Shown here in pieces: positions 22,830-33,004 of a DNA stretch of 64,000 nt. Position numbers and translations under genes: made by a program. A model generated the notes under the pieces. The model was not told where the DNA came from. It ran no database searches and saw nothing but the letters and a program-made list of their open reading frames with translations. The stretch spans positions 52,578 to 116,577 of the forward strand of contig CAWHXP010000008.1 of assembly GCA_963833425.1 (NCBI GenBank). The letters run 5' to 3'. The DNA is from an uncultured Methanosarcinaceae archaeon. GTDB lineage: Archaea > Halobacteriota > Methanosarcinia > Methanosarcinales > Methanosarcinaceae. Position 1 is the first letter of the stretch. Every line of letters begins with the position of its first letter.

Positions 22830-23942
22830 TTGAAGGAGATGAAGTTTTCAGAAAATGTAGCAAGAATAGACACTTCAGGGATTAGAAAAATTTTTGAAAC
22901 TGCAGGCTCTGGCTGTATTAACCTTGGGCTAGGCCAGCCGGATTTTGATACCCCTGAGCATATTAAGGCTGCGGCAATAAAAGCAATAAACGAGGGATTT
23001 ACGGGTTATACAATAGGGGCCGGAATTCCGGAACTTAGAGAGGCTCTGAGCTTAAAATTCAAGGAAGAAAATGGATTCTTTGTTTCCCCACAAGAAATAA
23101 TCGTCACCTCTGGAGCATCCGAAGCTCTTTCCATTGCTCTTGCAGCCCTTCTCAACCCAGGGGATGAAGTACTTATCGCGAATCCAGGATTCGTTTCGTA
23201 TAACGCACTTACAGAGATTCTAAATGGTAAGGCAATAAGCATCCCTCTAGAAGAAGACTTTACTATGAAGCCGGACTCAGTGCTCGAAAAAATTACACCG
23301 AAAACTAAAGTTCTTATTCTCAATTCTCCTTCAAACCCCACTGGTGCAGTCACCAGCAGGGCGGATATCAAAGCCCTTACAGAGATTGCAGAAGACTACA
23401 ATATAACTATCATCTCAGACGAGGTCTATGAGTACTTTATTTACGAAGGAGAGCATGTAAGCCCTGCCAGCTACTCGGACAATGTAATTACTGTAAACGC
23501 TACCTCGAAGAGCTACGCTATGACTGGCTGGAGACTAGGGTATGTAGCAGGCAGAGCTGAGTATATCGGCCAGATGCTCAAAGTACACCAGTACATGCAA
23601 GCATGCGCCAATTCAGTAGCTCAGAAAGCTGCTTATGCTGCAGTTGTTGGACCCAAAGATTCAGTCAATGCAATGAGAGAAGAATTTCGAAAGCGCAGGG
23701 ATATGCTTGTGAATGGAATAAATGAGCTAGGAATGGAGTGTGCTTTCCCAAAAGGAGCTTTCTATGCCTTCCCAAAAATTTCAGATTCTGCAACAATTGT
23801 CTCTAAATTGATTTCAAACGGTGTTTTAGTTGTTCCAGGGATAGCTTTCGGAAGCGAGGGTGAAGGCTATATGAGAATTTCTTATTCAGCTTCAATGAAA
23901 GCTATTGAAAAAGCTCTGAGTATCATGGGTAAAGTGCTCTGA
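22830..23942 (+). CDS. PLP-dependent class I (aspartate-type) aminotransferase
   Basis: INLGLGQPDFDTP, NSPSNPTG, SDEVYE, SKSYAMTGWRLGY, GAFYAFP, RISY. Start is probably TTG 22830 or ATG 22839. Confidence 0.93.
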   Translation: MKEMKFSENVARIDTSGIRKIFETAGSGCINLGLGQPDFDTPEHIKAAAIKAINEGFTGYTIGAGIPELREALSLKFKEENGFFVSPQEIIVTSGASEALSIALAALLNPGDEVLIANPGFVSYNALTEILNGKAISIPLEEDFTMKPDSVLEKITPKTKVLILNSPSNPTGAVTSRADIKALTEIAEDYNITIISDEVYEYFIYEGEHVSPASYSDNVITVNATSKSYAMTGWRLGYVAGRAEYIGQMLKVHQYMQACANSVAQKAAYAAVVGPKDSVNAMREEFRKRRDMLVNGINELGMECAFPKGAFYAFPKISDSATIVSKLISNGVLVVPGIAFGSEGEGYMRISYSASMKAIEKALSIMGKVL

Positions 23943-25194
23943 GAATAAGGATTCTCTAAAAAGGGATACTTTTTTGCTTCTTTCTTCGATTTTCTTTACT
24001 ATTCTCATTTTTTGCAACTGTTTTCTAGAAAATTAGATATTGTAGAGTTCTGGAGTACGAATTATGTAAATTCCCACTTACGGTTTTGATTTATTTGTGT
24101 GATATTTTTAAGCTGATATCTCTATTAATCGATAGCAAAGCACCCTATTTCTGACTAGATTAAATTTCGTCAAATAATTCACAAATAATTTTATTTCAGT
24201 TAAAAATCCAGTAGCTTATTGAAGGAATGTAAATTTCCCCGAGAACAACTATTAATAACTGAGTTAAGTTTCAGGCTACTTTTGTACTGTAAAATGGAAT
24301 TTGGTATGAATGAGATTACGCCGGATCAATTGATGATAGTACGACTTTCGATGTCCTTAAAAGATATGCTGAAAATCAAGGAAGCCAGGAAGAAAAAAGC
24401 ACATAAGCATATAAAGCTTTAAAGTTTGAATAGTTCCTTAATTAAGAGCGTGGCACTAACATTTCTGTTGCTTTCAGTGTAGCGTGCCATAATAAATTTG
24501 ATTATTTTGCGTGATTTTGAGTTGGGATATAAAGATCAGAATATAATAAAAAGTATCTTCCAAATAATTGGAAGGTATATCCGCAACCAATAAGATAGTA
24601 GAGGAAGATCCTGCAGTCCTCTATAGACACGAGCTCGCAAATTTTGTGGTGGGCGGAAACAGATTTCTTAATGCAAAAGGAACTGGGATAAAAAATGGCC
24701 ATTATGAAAGGTAAAGATTAAACTACTATGCATATCTGCCGCCAAAAGATCCAGAAATGAGCTTCGGAAATCAAGATATTTTTGTGGTCGAAGGCGACTC
24801 AGCTATTAAAATAATTATCCACTGTAAAATTTCCTAATACTGTGAAGTTAGTCCACAAAATAGACTCTAGGATATTTGTAGGGAAAAATTACAATCAAAT
24901 TATGCTGAAACTAACTCATAAGATCCTCATAGAGGTATTCATGTAATTCCGATGGACCATGTTAACAATCGAGGAAAAAATAGCTACTATATTGTTTTTT
25001 TTTCTTCATATATTTCTGCAATTGTGGGATATCTAAAATTTGATTAAATCATTTATTCTAAAAAAATTCCATATGTGAAATCGGAAGGTATGTGGGTCAA
25101 AAAAATAACAAAATAAAAATACTCGAAAAAAATATCTCTTAATGTAGGAAATTTATAAAGCATATTCAAAAACCCATTAGATATTACCGATACT

Positions 25195-25402
25195 ATGGGG
25201 TTGGAATTCTGGGAATATACTGAGTGCTATGCGCCCAGAACCCGAGGCAAACGGATCGCATAGGAGTTATAAGGGATCACTCGAAAGCTTAAGCATTCCA
25301 TTGTCATTGTTGCTTAGCTCTGGTTGAAGTAATCGATGAATACGGAATCGATTGTTTGAATGAAAAAGCGGTAGGAATTCTCATGGTACCTGGCCTACAA
25401 GA
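25195..25402 (+). ncRNA. Candidate structured non-coding RNA
   Basis: GC-richer island in AT-rich DNA with four consecutive hairpins. A TATA-like TTTATAAA lies at ~25152. No ORF longer than ~25 codons from the only obvious ATG. Confidence 0.4.
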
Positions 25403-25549
25403 ATATGATACTTTCTAATTTATTGTAAAAGAAATGCTTTTATAATATCTTTCCATTTCTTCTTACTCTAAATGTCCATCGTTCATATTATTTTATCTGC
25501 GAATATAGAAAAGCTTTTCATAAGACCTGAAATTTAATCTTTACATGAG

Positions 25550-25924
25550 GTGGGAAGCATAATCGGCGAGATTATAATCCTCGAGAAAAAGTACTCTGAA
25601 AAAAACCTGCAACTTATAACAGGAAAAAAAGATATCTCTCTAAATTGTGAAGAGATTCCAGAAGAGATGCTGCTTTTAAGTGAAGTTATAGAGGATCCAC
25701 TCAAACTACCTTATCTACTGGATACATTCTACGTAGCAAATATAAAAAATGAAAAAGCTTTTCATTTTGCTCTCTTGCGCGTCCAGGTAGATTCCGACCT
25801 TAGGATGCATGAGGATATTCAGAAATATCAGCAAAGGAAGTACGTAGCTGAAACACTGGAAAAATTACTTTATGGAGAACTTATGCTTTCTGTAGAAAAT
25901 AATTTAGAAATAGATGGCCCTTGA
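25550..25924 (+). CDS. Hypothetical acidic protein (124 aa)
   Basis: Clean ORF with protein-like composition and a GTG start. Confidence 0.75.
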   Translation: MGSIIGEIIILEKKYSEKNLQLITGKKDISLNCEEIPEEMLLLSEVIEDPLKLPYLLDTFYVANIKNEKAFHFALLRVQVDSDLRMHEDIQKYQQRKYVAETLEKLLYGELMLSVENNLEIDGP

Positions 25925-26011
25925 TTGATATGTCTATTTCCTTACAATAGATCTTTCATCTTTTATGTCATTTTAGAAAGACAATAAAGGAATACAGCGT
26001 TTTCAGTAGTT

Positions 26012-26704
26012 TTAGATGATATACCAGTCCGTATCATCTACCGAAAGATCTTCCTTGATACCTACTGTCTTTCTGGGAAGCTTGAGGGCATCAGTAATTG
26101 AATTTGCAAGATCCTGTAGGTACTCTTTAGATGAGAGACTATTAAAAATAAAGGACTTTGAGGGTTGAAGCATACTCTGAATTGTAGGCTCTCTGGGGAC
26201 TACATTTACTTCTATGTTGACTATTTTCAAGGCTTTTTCCATTGCAGTCCGGAAATCTCCGATACAGTAAGCTATCCTGTACTTGTAATTTCTTCTCGTT
26301 TTTTCAAGATAAGCGGCAATCCTTTCGCTCTCCAATTTTATGAAATCTTTCTTAATATGCACCACATTACATTTTCCCATCATAAAATTGTAATGCATGA
26401 AAGGGTATTGAGTATCAAGTTCTCTTGGAGTAATACCGCAAGTTCCAAAAGTGACAATATGCACCTCCTCAAGTTTTGCGATCTCGAAGATTACTCGATC
26501 GAATTTTTTGTGTGAGGGACTTTCATGATAGGGTTTTTTTTTTGAGCAGGGAACGAAGATGCAGAGCCTTTTGAAAGGGGCTTCATACTCTTTCAGAATC
26601 CAGTCGTTGGCCCTTAACATATCCGGGTGATAAATTATTTTATCAGTATCAAGAGGTTCTTGAGAGCGTTCAGCTTCAGGAATGATGGGCTGTATAAACG
26701 TCAT
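26012..26704 (-). CDS. DUF5591-type protein (domain shared with archaeosine synthase ArcS)
   Basis: IFVPCSKKKPYHESPSHKKF and G.CGITPRELD..YPFMHY motifs. Confidence 0.75.
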   Translation of the reverse strand: MTFIQPIIPEAERSQEPLDTDKIIYHPDMLRANDWILKEYEAPFKRLCIFVPCSKKKPYHESPSHKKFDRVIFEIAKLEEVHIVTFGTCGITPRELDTQYPFMHYNFMMGKCNVVHIKKDFIKLESERIAAYLEKTRRNYKYRIAYCIGDFRTAMEKALKIVNIEVNVVPREPTIQSMLQPSKSFIFNSLSSKEYLQDLANSITDALKLPRKTVGIKEDLSVDDTDWYII

Positions 26705-27492
26705 CAATAATTGAGTGTGGATATGATATATATATATAATTATAGCGAACGAATGAATAAAGTTTACTTCTTTAAATCAATAATGGTTAAATACACAATT
26801 ACTTATACTTAAATTATCGAAATTTTATAACCTAAAATGATGAAAAGGCAAGGAAAAATTGTTCCAATATTTCTTTTCTTCAGTATATTTCTAGCTCTAC
26901 GCAATTTGTATCTAAGTTCAGGATTGGTGAAGGAATTTTTGTATTTGACCATAAAATGTATTTTTCTTATAATATGAAGTGTTGATTTTTATTGTGAGGA
27001 TTAAGCTATGTATTTACATAAATTAGTTAATTATAAGAACAACGATATAACTTAAAGTATTTCTTACTGTTATAATCCAGAATAAACATTCAAATAATTT
27101 TTAATTTTTTCTCGATAGCTAATAAGAAAAAAATTTTATCAAAATATCTGGGTCCCATTTTTTAGCCTCGTCTAGATAATTTAATATTGTAGATTTCTAA
27201 AGTATAAAATTATGCATAATCTCCATTATATTATTTTGTAATTTTTTTAAATCTATCTTTTAGTTCATATATCTATTAATCGAGATGTAAGGCTTTATCT
27301 CTCAAAAACTGACTGTAACACATTAAAAATGTTATCCATTATACAGGGTTCCTGAAAAAAAAGAATTGGAGACAAATTTGAAATCTTCTGTATTTTAATT
27401 AATTTCTTTTATATTCGGTAAAGATAGATATGTAAGAAATATGTTACTTTTTTGTTTTTTTGTAAACCTAAAAATCTAAATTGAGATTATAG

Positions 27493-28484
27493 TGTTCTGT
27501 AGAAATGCTCTAAATTGAACTTTTACACTATAATATTAATTACTGTTCCGTTATAATTTTTTGTTATTTTTTAGCTAAAAACGAAGGAACATTCAATATT
27601 GAAATTTAGTAAGTACATTCAATTCGTTGATATCAGCCTTGAAACTGTTCAGTCTTCGAGACTGAAGCTTATTCTTGCAAGTATTCGAAACACTTTTATA
27701 CCCAGCATCAGTTTCTTTCACTGTTTTATTGAAAGAGTATATTAGCACAGATTACCGCGATTTGTAGAACTCACTGACCTTATTAGCGATATAACAGAAA
27801 AACTTACTCTTGATAAGATTCCACATTTCACTGCCTTTCAAAAGTTTAAACTAGGATTCCCTTTTCTATTTTTAACCTTTTTTTGTCAAGGATTCTAAAT
27901 CTTTTTACTCATATGGAGAAAATGTCTCTGTTGCAGCGATTGATGCAACAGAATTTACGAATTCATATGTAAGTAATTATTATCCCAGAAGAACAGGGAA
28001 GCTTCGAAGAAGTTTCCTTAGAACTTCAATATTAGTAGATAGAAGTAAAAAGGTAATATAGGGATGGAAAATCAGTCAAAAACAGATCATGAAATTAAAT
28101 ATGCAAAGCTCTGATAAGACAATCAAATAAGATTAGAAATTCTGATTGTTATGTAATGGATAAAGGATACGATTCAGAAAAAATATATTTTATAATTAGA
28201 GAAGAAATCAAAGAAGATTCAATTATACCTGTAAAGGAGAGAAAAAGGAAGAAAATAAGCGGAAAATACAGAAAACAATTGAACTGGTCTTTGACAAAAT
28301 TAAATATAATCAAAGAAATATTATGGAGACGCTATTTTCTGTAGTTAAAAGAAAATTAGGAGAAGCACTAAGGGCAAGAAAATTCCGCTATCAAGTAAAA
28401 GGGATTAAAATAAATTAATAATTACAACATAAACAAAAAAGTTATAGAAATAATTTGCATCAAGTTACGGATTTCTACAGAGCC
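27493..28484 (+). mobile_element. IS5-like DDE insertion sequence, degenerate
   Basis: TIRs (T)GTTCTGTAGAAAT / ATTTCTACAGAGCC. Transposase fragments YTQHQ, DKIPHFTAFQKF, AAIDAT, MDKGYDSE, YNQRNIMETLFSVVKRKLGE. Many frameshifts. Confidence 0.9.
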
Positions 28485-28639
28485 AAAATAATTAAATGTT
28501 AAATGGTTAAGAACGAATCCTTTCTTAAAAAAGGAAAAATATTTATAAAATACTGTGAATGAAAAAGACATTATGGAAATACCATATATAAGACTTAAAA
28601 ATCAGTATAAGATTAAGCAAGGAGTTTGGAGATTTCATT

Positions 28640-30445
28640 TTGAGCAAACAAATATTTGATAGCAATAGAAAGGCACTGGCTATTTTGTTGGCTGTGTCAT
28701 TTTTACTAACATTGGCCTCTTTTCCGGTAAGTTCCCATCCAGTAGAGGCGTCAACTTTATATGGTACTTATATATGGAAACCTACGCTTAACACCCCCGC
28801 TTCTTCATACATTCCTAGTCAGATTCCTAATCCCAACATTCCTAGTCAAACTCCTAATACCGACATTTCTAGTCAAACTCCTAATACCGACATTTCTAGT
28901 CAAACCCCTAATACCGACATTTCTACTCAAACCCCTAATACCGAGGTTTCTAGTCAAACTCCTAATACCGACATTCCTACTCAAACCCCTAATACCGAGG
29001 TTTCTAGTCAAACTCCTAATACCGAGGTTTCTAGTCAAACTCCTAATACTGACATTCCTAGTCAAACCCCTAATACCGAGGTTTCTAGTCAAACTCCTAA
29101 TACCGAGGTTTCTAGTCAAACTCCTAATACTGACATTCCTAGTCAAACCCCTAATACCGAGGTTTCTAGTCAAACTCCTAATACCAACATTCCTACTCAA
29201 ACCCCTAATACCGAGGTTTCTAGTCAAACTCCTAATCCCAACATTTCTAGTCAAACTCCTAATTCCAACGTTTCTTGTCAAATTCTTAATCCCAAGCTTT
29301 CCAGTCAAATTCCTAATCCCAACATCCCTAGTCAAACTCCTAATCCCAACGTTCCTAGTCAAATTCTTAATCCCAACATCCCTAGTCAAACTCCTAATCC
29401 CAACGTTCCTAGTCAAATTCTTAATCCCAACGTTCCTAGTCAAATTCTTAATCCCAACATCCCTAGTCAAACTCCTAATCCCAACGTTCCTAGTCAAATT
29501 CTTAATCCCAACATCCCTAGTCAAACTCCTAATCCCAACTTTCCTAGTCAAATTCTTAATCCCAACGTTCCTAGTCAAATTCTTAATCCCAATGTTCCTA
29601 GTCAAATTCCTAATTTCAACATCCCTAGTCAGACTCCTAACCCTATAACTCCTCGTAAGAATTCTGGTCAAACTCCTCATCTCAGCATCTCTCGTCAAAA
29701 TTTTAGTCCAATGTCAGATACAATGACTGAGTTAACTTCTTCAGCTAATAAATATACATTGGGCCAGACAGTAACGCTTACTGCTATCATTGGTACGCCT
29801 TCAAAAGGAGTCAAAAATCCTTCAGGTACAGTTACTTTTATCGATGGGACCCTGGCCATAGGAACTGAAACTGTAAATTCGGGGCAGGCGATTTTGGCTA
29901 CTTCAGTGCTTTCAGTTGGCTCACATTCGATCACAGTCCAATATAGTGGTGATAATAACTTCAAACCCAGTACATCATCTATTTTCACACTAGTGGTTCT
30001 AGATAAGCTTGGTTCAGATCAACTACCTGGATCCCCAGAGAATCCTATGGTGGATACAAAGATTGAGTTAACTTCTGCAGCTACTGAGTATGTATCTGGC
30101 CAGCCAATAACATTTACCGCTAAAGTTGATACGATATCACAAGGAACAGATAAGCCTTCAGGTACAGTTACTTTCATAGACGAGAAAACGCAAATAGGAG
30201 CTGAAGCTATAAATTCGGGACAGACAATTTTGACTACTTCAGAGCTTTCAGTTGGCTCACATTCGATCACAGCTCAATATAGCGGTAATAATAACTTCAA
30301 ACCTAGCACATCAACTGTTTTTACACTAACAGTTAAAAAAGATTCACTATTTCATCACCCATTATTTCCAATGGGTTGCGGTATTATTGCTACTATTATT
30401 GTTACAGTGGTTGGTGGCTTCATACGGACAAAATTACGTTTATAA
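28640..30445 (+). CDS. Cell-surface protein: signal peptide, 31 x 9-aa S/T/P/Q/N repeat stalk, two Ig-like (Big_3-type) domains, C-terminal TM anchor
   Basis: Hydrophobic N-terminus. Two copies of TELTS..GQ.VT.TA...PSGTVTF.D...GSHSIT.QYSG.NNF.PSTS. C-terminal hydrophobic helix followed by RTKLRL. GGAG RBS. Confidence 0.9.
   Translation: MSKQIFDSNRKALAILLAVSFLLTLASFPVSSHPVEASTLYGTYIWKPTLNTPASSYIPSQIPNPNIPSQTPNTDISSQTPNTDISSQTPNTDISTQTPNTEVSSQTPNTDIPTQTPNTEVSSQTPNTEVSSQTPNTDIPSQTPNTEVSSQTPNTEVSSQTPNTDIPSQTPNTEVSSQTPNTNIPTQTPNTEVSSQTPNPNISSQTPNSNVSCQILNPKLSSQIPNPNIPSQTPNPNVPSQILNPNIPSQTPNPNVPSQILNPNVPSQILNPNIPSQTPNPNVPSQILNPNIPSQTPNPNFPSQILNPNVPSQILNPNVPSQIPNFNIPSQTPNPITPRKNSGQTPHLSISRQNFSPMSDTMTELTSSANKYTLGQTVTLTAIIGTPSKGVKNPSGTVTFIDGTLAIGTETVNSGQAILATSVLSVGSHSITVQYSGDNNFKPSTSSIFTLVVLDKLGSDQLPGSPENPMVDTKIELTSAATEYVSGQPITFTAKVDTISQGTDKPSGTVTFIDEKTQIGAEAINSGQTILTTSELSVGSHSITAQYSGNNNFKPSTSTVFTLTVKKDSLFHHPLFPMGCGIIATIIVTVVGGFIRTKLRL
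28808..29644 (+). repeat. 27-bp tandem repeat, 31 units, coding (xxxSQTPNx)
   Basis: Core CTAGTCAAACTCCTAAT repeated with period 27. Unit count taken from the translation. Confidence 0.97.
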
Positions 30446-30487
30446 TGTAGAGTATCCACACCTAAGTAGTGATTATCCTACATTATA

Positions 30488-30647
30488 GTCGTGGAAATTA
30501 GGCAACAGTAAGAGAAAAATAAACTTTAAAGCATCGGGTTGATCATCTCACTAACTACACAAACAATATTTTATTGTTGTTAATTTCATGTTGATAGTTG
30601 AAATCTCCATGTATAATTTAAATGGGTTGTCACCTAATTTTCAGGGC
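30488..30647. mobile_element. Possible ~160-bp MITE
   Basis: Imperfect inverted ends GTCGTGGAAATTAGGCAACA / TGTCACCTAATTTTCAGGGC. Confidence 0.4.
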
Positions 30648-31097
30648 AATAACGATATTTCTTAAGGTGGTAGATATTGCCCTATTTTTGGAGTCTTCTG
30701 CAGCACTTATTATTTTACCCTTTTTGAAATTATTGAGAAGTCAGTAGTTTTACTGACAAATTTTCTGTTTCTGTTGTTTTCACGGATGCATGGGTTTTAA
30801 AATAAAAATCTATGCAAGATCGTTTTGAGATAGCTATGTTCTACTGATACATTGCAATTTTTTTGAACTTTTGTGAATTAAGCTTAAAAGTTTTTCCCAA
30901 AATAGCCGTTTTGCAAGTTAAAATGTTGTGTATTTGTACATTATTAAAACTTTTAGAATCTAATCAACTAAAAGCAATGCAGCATCTAGTTTAAATATTC
31001 AGTAAATATATTTTTACATTAGAAAAGTTTACTTTGTAGAGTGAAATATTATTTATTCATATTTTTGTAGTTCTTTCATTATTAATATCTAAACAGT

Positions 31098-31832
31098 ATG
31101 AGGATGCTGAAAATGAAAAAAGCGACATATGTTAAAATGAGCGGAAGGCATAACTTTATAATATTTATAGTTATCACTGTGCTGACGTTTTTGATACTAG
31201 TGAGTCTAGTAGGCGCATTGACTGATTCACAGACTATTGTCAATCAAGGAACCGATTTTGCGAAATTCGGCCAGAACGAAAAGGCAGTAAAGACATATGA
31301 GAAAGCTATTGAAATTAATCCGCAAGATTCAGATGCTTGGTATAATAAAGGACTAGCTCTAAAGAAATTAGGTAAGTCAGATGAAGCAATAAAAGCATTT
31401 GACAAAGCAATTGAAATTAACCCGCAGTACTCAAAAGCTTGGTACTATAAAGGAGTAGCTCTAAACAAACTAGGCAAATCAGATGGAGCACAAAAAGCAT
31501 GGATCAAAGCAAAGGAAATTGATTCAAAAACTTGGTACAATAAAGGAAATGATTTATTTTACTTAGATCAATTCGATGGAGCAATAAAAGCATATGACAA
31601 AGCAATTGAAATTAACCCACATGATTCAGATGCTTGGTACTACAAAGGCTTAGCTTTAGGGAAATTAGGTAAGTTAGATGAAGCAATAATAGCATTTGAT
31701 AAAGTAATTGATATTAACCCACAGAATCCGAAAGCTTGGCACTATAAAGGAGTTGCTCTCAGCGCATTAGGAAAGTCCAATGAAGCACAGAAAACTTGGG
31801 CCAAAGCAAAGGAAATTATTCCAAAAGTTTGA
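31098..31832 (+). CDS. Membrane-anchored tetratricopeptide repeat protein
   Basis: N-terminal hydrophobic helix followed by repeated KAIEINPQ.S.AWY.KG.AL TPR units. Confidence 0.92.
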   Translation: MRMLKMKKATYVKMSGRHNFIIFIVITVLTFLILVSLVGALTDSQTIVNQGTDFAKFGQNEKAVKTYEKAIEINPQDSDAWYNKGLALKKLGKSDEAIKAFDKAIEINPQYSKAWYYKGVALNKLGKSDGAQKAWIKAKEIDSKTWYNKGNDLFYLDQFDGAIKAYDKAIEINPHDSDAWYYKGLALGKLGKLDEAIIAFDKVIDINPQNPKAWHYKGVALSALGKSNEAQKTWAKAKEIIPKV

Positions 31833-31842
31833 CTTAACGAAG

Positions 31843-32176
31843 AACTTTATCAATATCAAGTCTTTTTTTATATGGCTCATAAGGTCAATAAGTTCTAAAA
31901 AATCACGATAATCTGTGCTTATATACTCTTTTTTAATAAAACTAAAACAAGAAGCTGATGCTGAGTATAAATATGTTTGAATATTTGCTGAAATAAAGGT
32001 TCAAGTTGGAAAATTGGACCGTTTTAAGATTAGTACCAACAAATTTAATGCATTTATTCGATTTAAATGTTGAATATTCCTTCGTTTTTGTGGAGAATAA
32101 ATAAGAAGAAATATAATATATGATACCTATAAAAAACATAGTGTAAAAATCCAATTTACAGGATTTCTACAGAGTT
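31843..32176 (-). mobile_element. Truncated third copy (left end) of the IS5-like element
   Basis: The reverse complement begins CTCTGTAGAAATCC..AAATTGGATTTTTACACTA and continues with TATACTCAGCATCAG...AGCACAGATTATCGTGATTTT, matching the 9247 and 27493 copies. Confidence 0.85.
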
Positions 32177-32202
32177 TTTTTTAGATGCTTTAAGAATTTG
32201 GA

Positions 32203-32253
32203 TTATTCCAGTCGAATACTCCATAGCTTGATTCTTGTATTCGACTGGAATAA
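32203..32253. repeat. Perfect 17-bp inverted repeat with 17-nt spacer
   Basis: TTATTCCAGTCGAATAC-N17-GTATTCGACTGGAATAA. Confidence 0.9.
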
Positions 32254-32638
32254 AAGAAGCTTTAAAATTGATATCTGAGTTAAATAAGATATTTATTTTT
32301 TGATTAATTATATTTATTTGTAATTGAGCATCATATTATATTTTTCCTGTTATGCTAAATTAAATGTTAAAAAAGGATTAGTAAGCTTTTAAAGAAAAAC
32401 TAAGACCAATTTTCTATTTGAATGCAAAATAAATTTTTTCACATCGATATTTGTATTTGGAGAATAATGTATAATATCAACTATGAAAAATAAGAATAAT
32501 TAGCCCGTAAAAAGTGGACCAATTTTTAAAGACCCTAAAGCAGCATATCTGTGTATAGATATGAATCAGAATCGAAGTACTAATATTCTATTCTACCTCG
32601 CACTTCAGATCTCCACTTCAAATTTTCGACCATAAACC

Positions 32639-33004
32639 TCAGATTTTACGAGATGTTGGAAACCTTTCTCCTGAACTATTTAAATGAACCCAGTCAAGAT
32701 ACTCCTTCTCTCCTTCAATTTTCCAGAATTCAATCGCAGGCATTTTGTAGGTATGTAGAGATTTCACAAGCTTTATAATATCCTCCAAACTCGAAGAATC
32801 AGCTTTTACAAACATAGCTATTTCATTATCTTCCTCTATCTTCTCATTCCACCTATATATTGAAGATATGGGAAAAATATTTACGCAGGCTGCAAATCTT
32901 TTCGAAACCAATTCTCTTGCGATCTCGGATGCATTATTCATATTTCCAGCAGTAATGTAGATTATACATGTGCATTTCCTTAGTTGCGATGTAACCAACT
33001 GCAA
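32639..33004 (-). CDS. cutA: Divalent-cation tolerance protein CutA
   Basis: IYITA...A.EIARELV.KRFAACVNIFPISSIYRW, E.AMFVK, LH.Y.MPAI, YLDWV. Confidence 0.92.
   Translation of the reverse strand: MQLVTSQLRKCTCIIYITAGNMNNASEIARELVSKRFAACVNIFPISSIYRWNEKIEEDNEIAMFVKADSSSLEDIIKLVKSLHTYKMPAIEFWKIEGEKEYLDWVHLNSSGERFPTSRKI

Noticed and set aside
24740..24810. KDPEMS...IFVVEGDSA, resembling the GyrB TOPRIM motif
   Set aside because: The following GGSAK and the rest of GyrB are absent. The surrounding fragment looks like an unrelated decayed gene that I cannot assign.
28808..29644. Regular repeat array that could be mistaken for CRISPR
   Set aside because: The units are contiguous 27-mers with no unique spacers, are in frame within a surface-protein gene, and have no cas genes nearby.
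28761..29698. Overlapping 295-aa (+) and 297-aa (-) ORFs with LVKLLIPTF / RSLTRNVGI repeats
   Set aside because: These are shadows of a stop-free 27-bp repeat. They start and end with the array, whereas the SQTPN frame has a signal peptide, Ig domains and an anchor.
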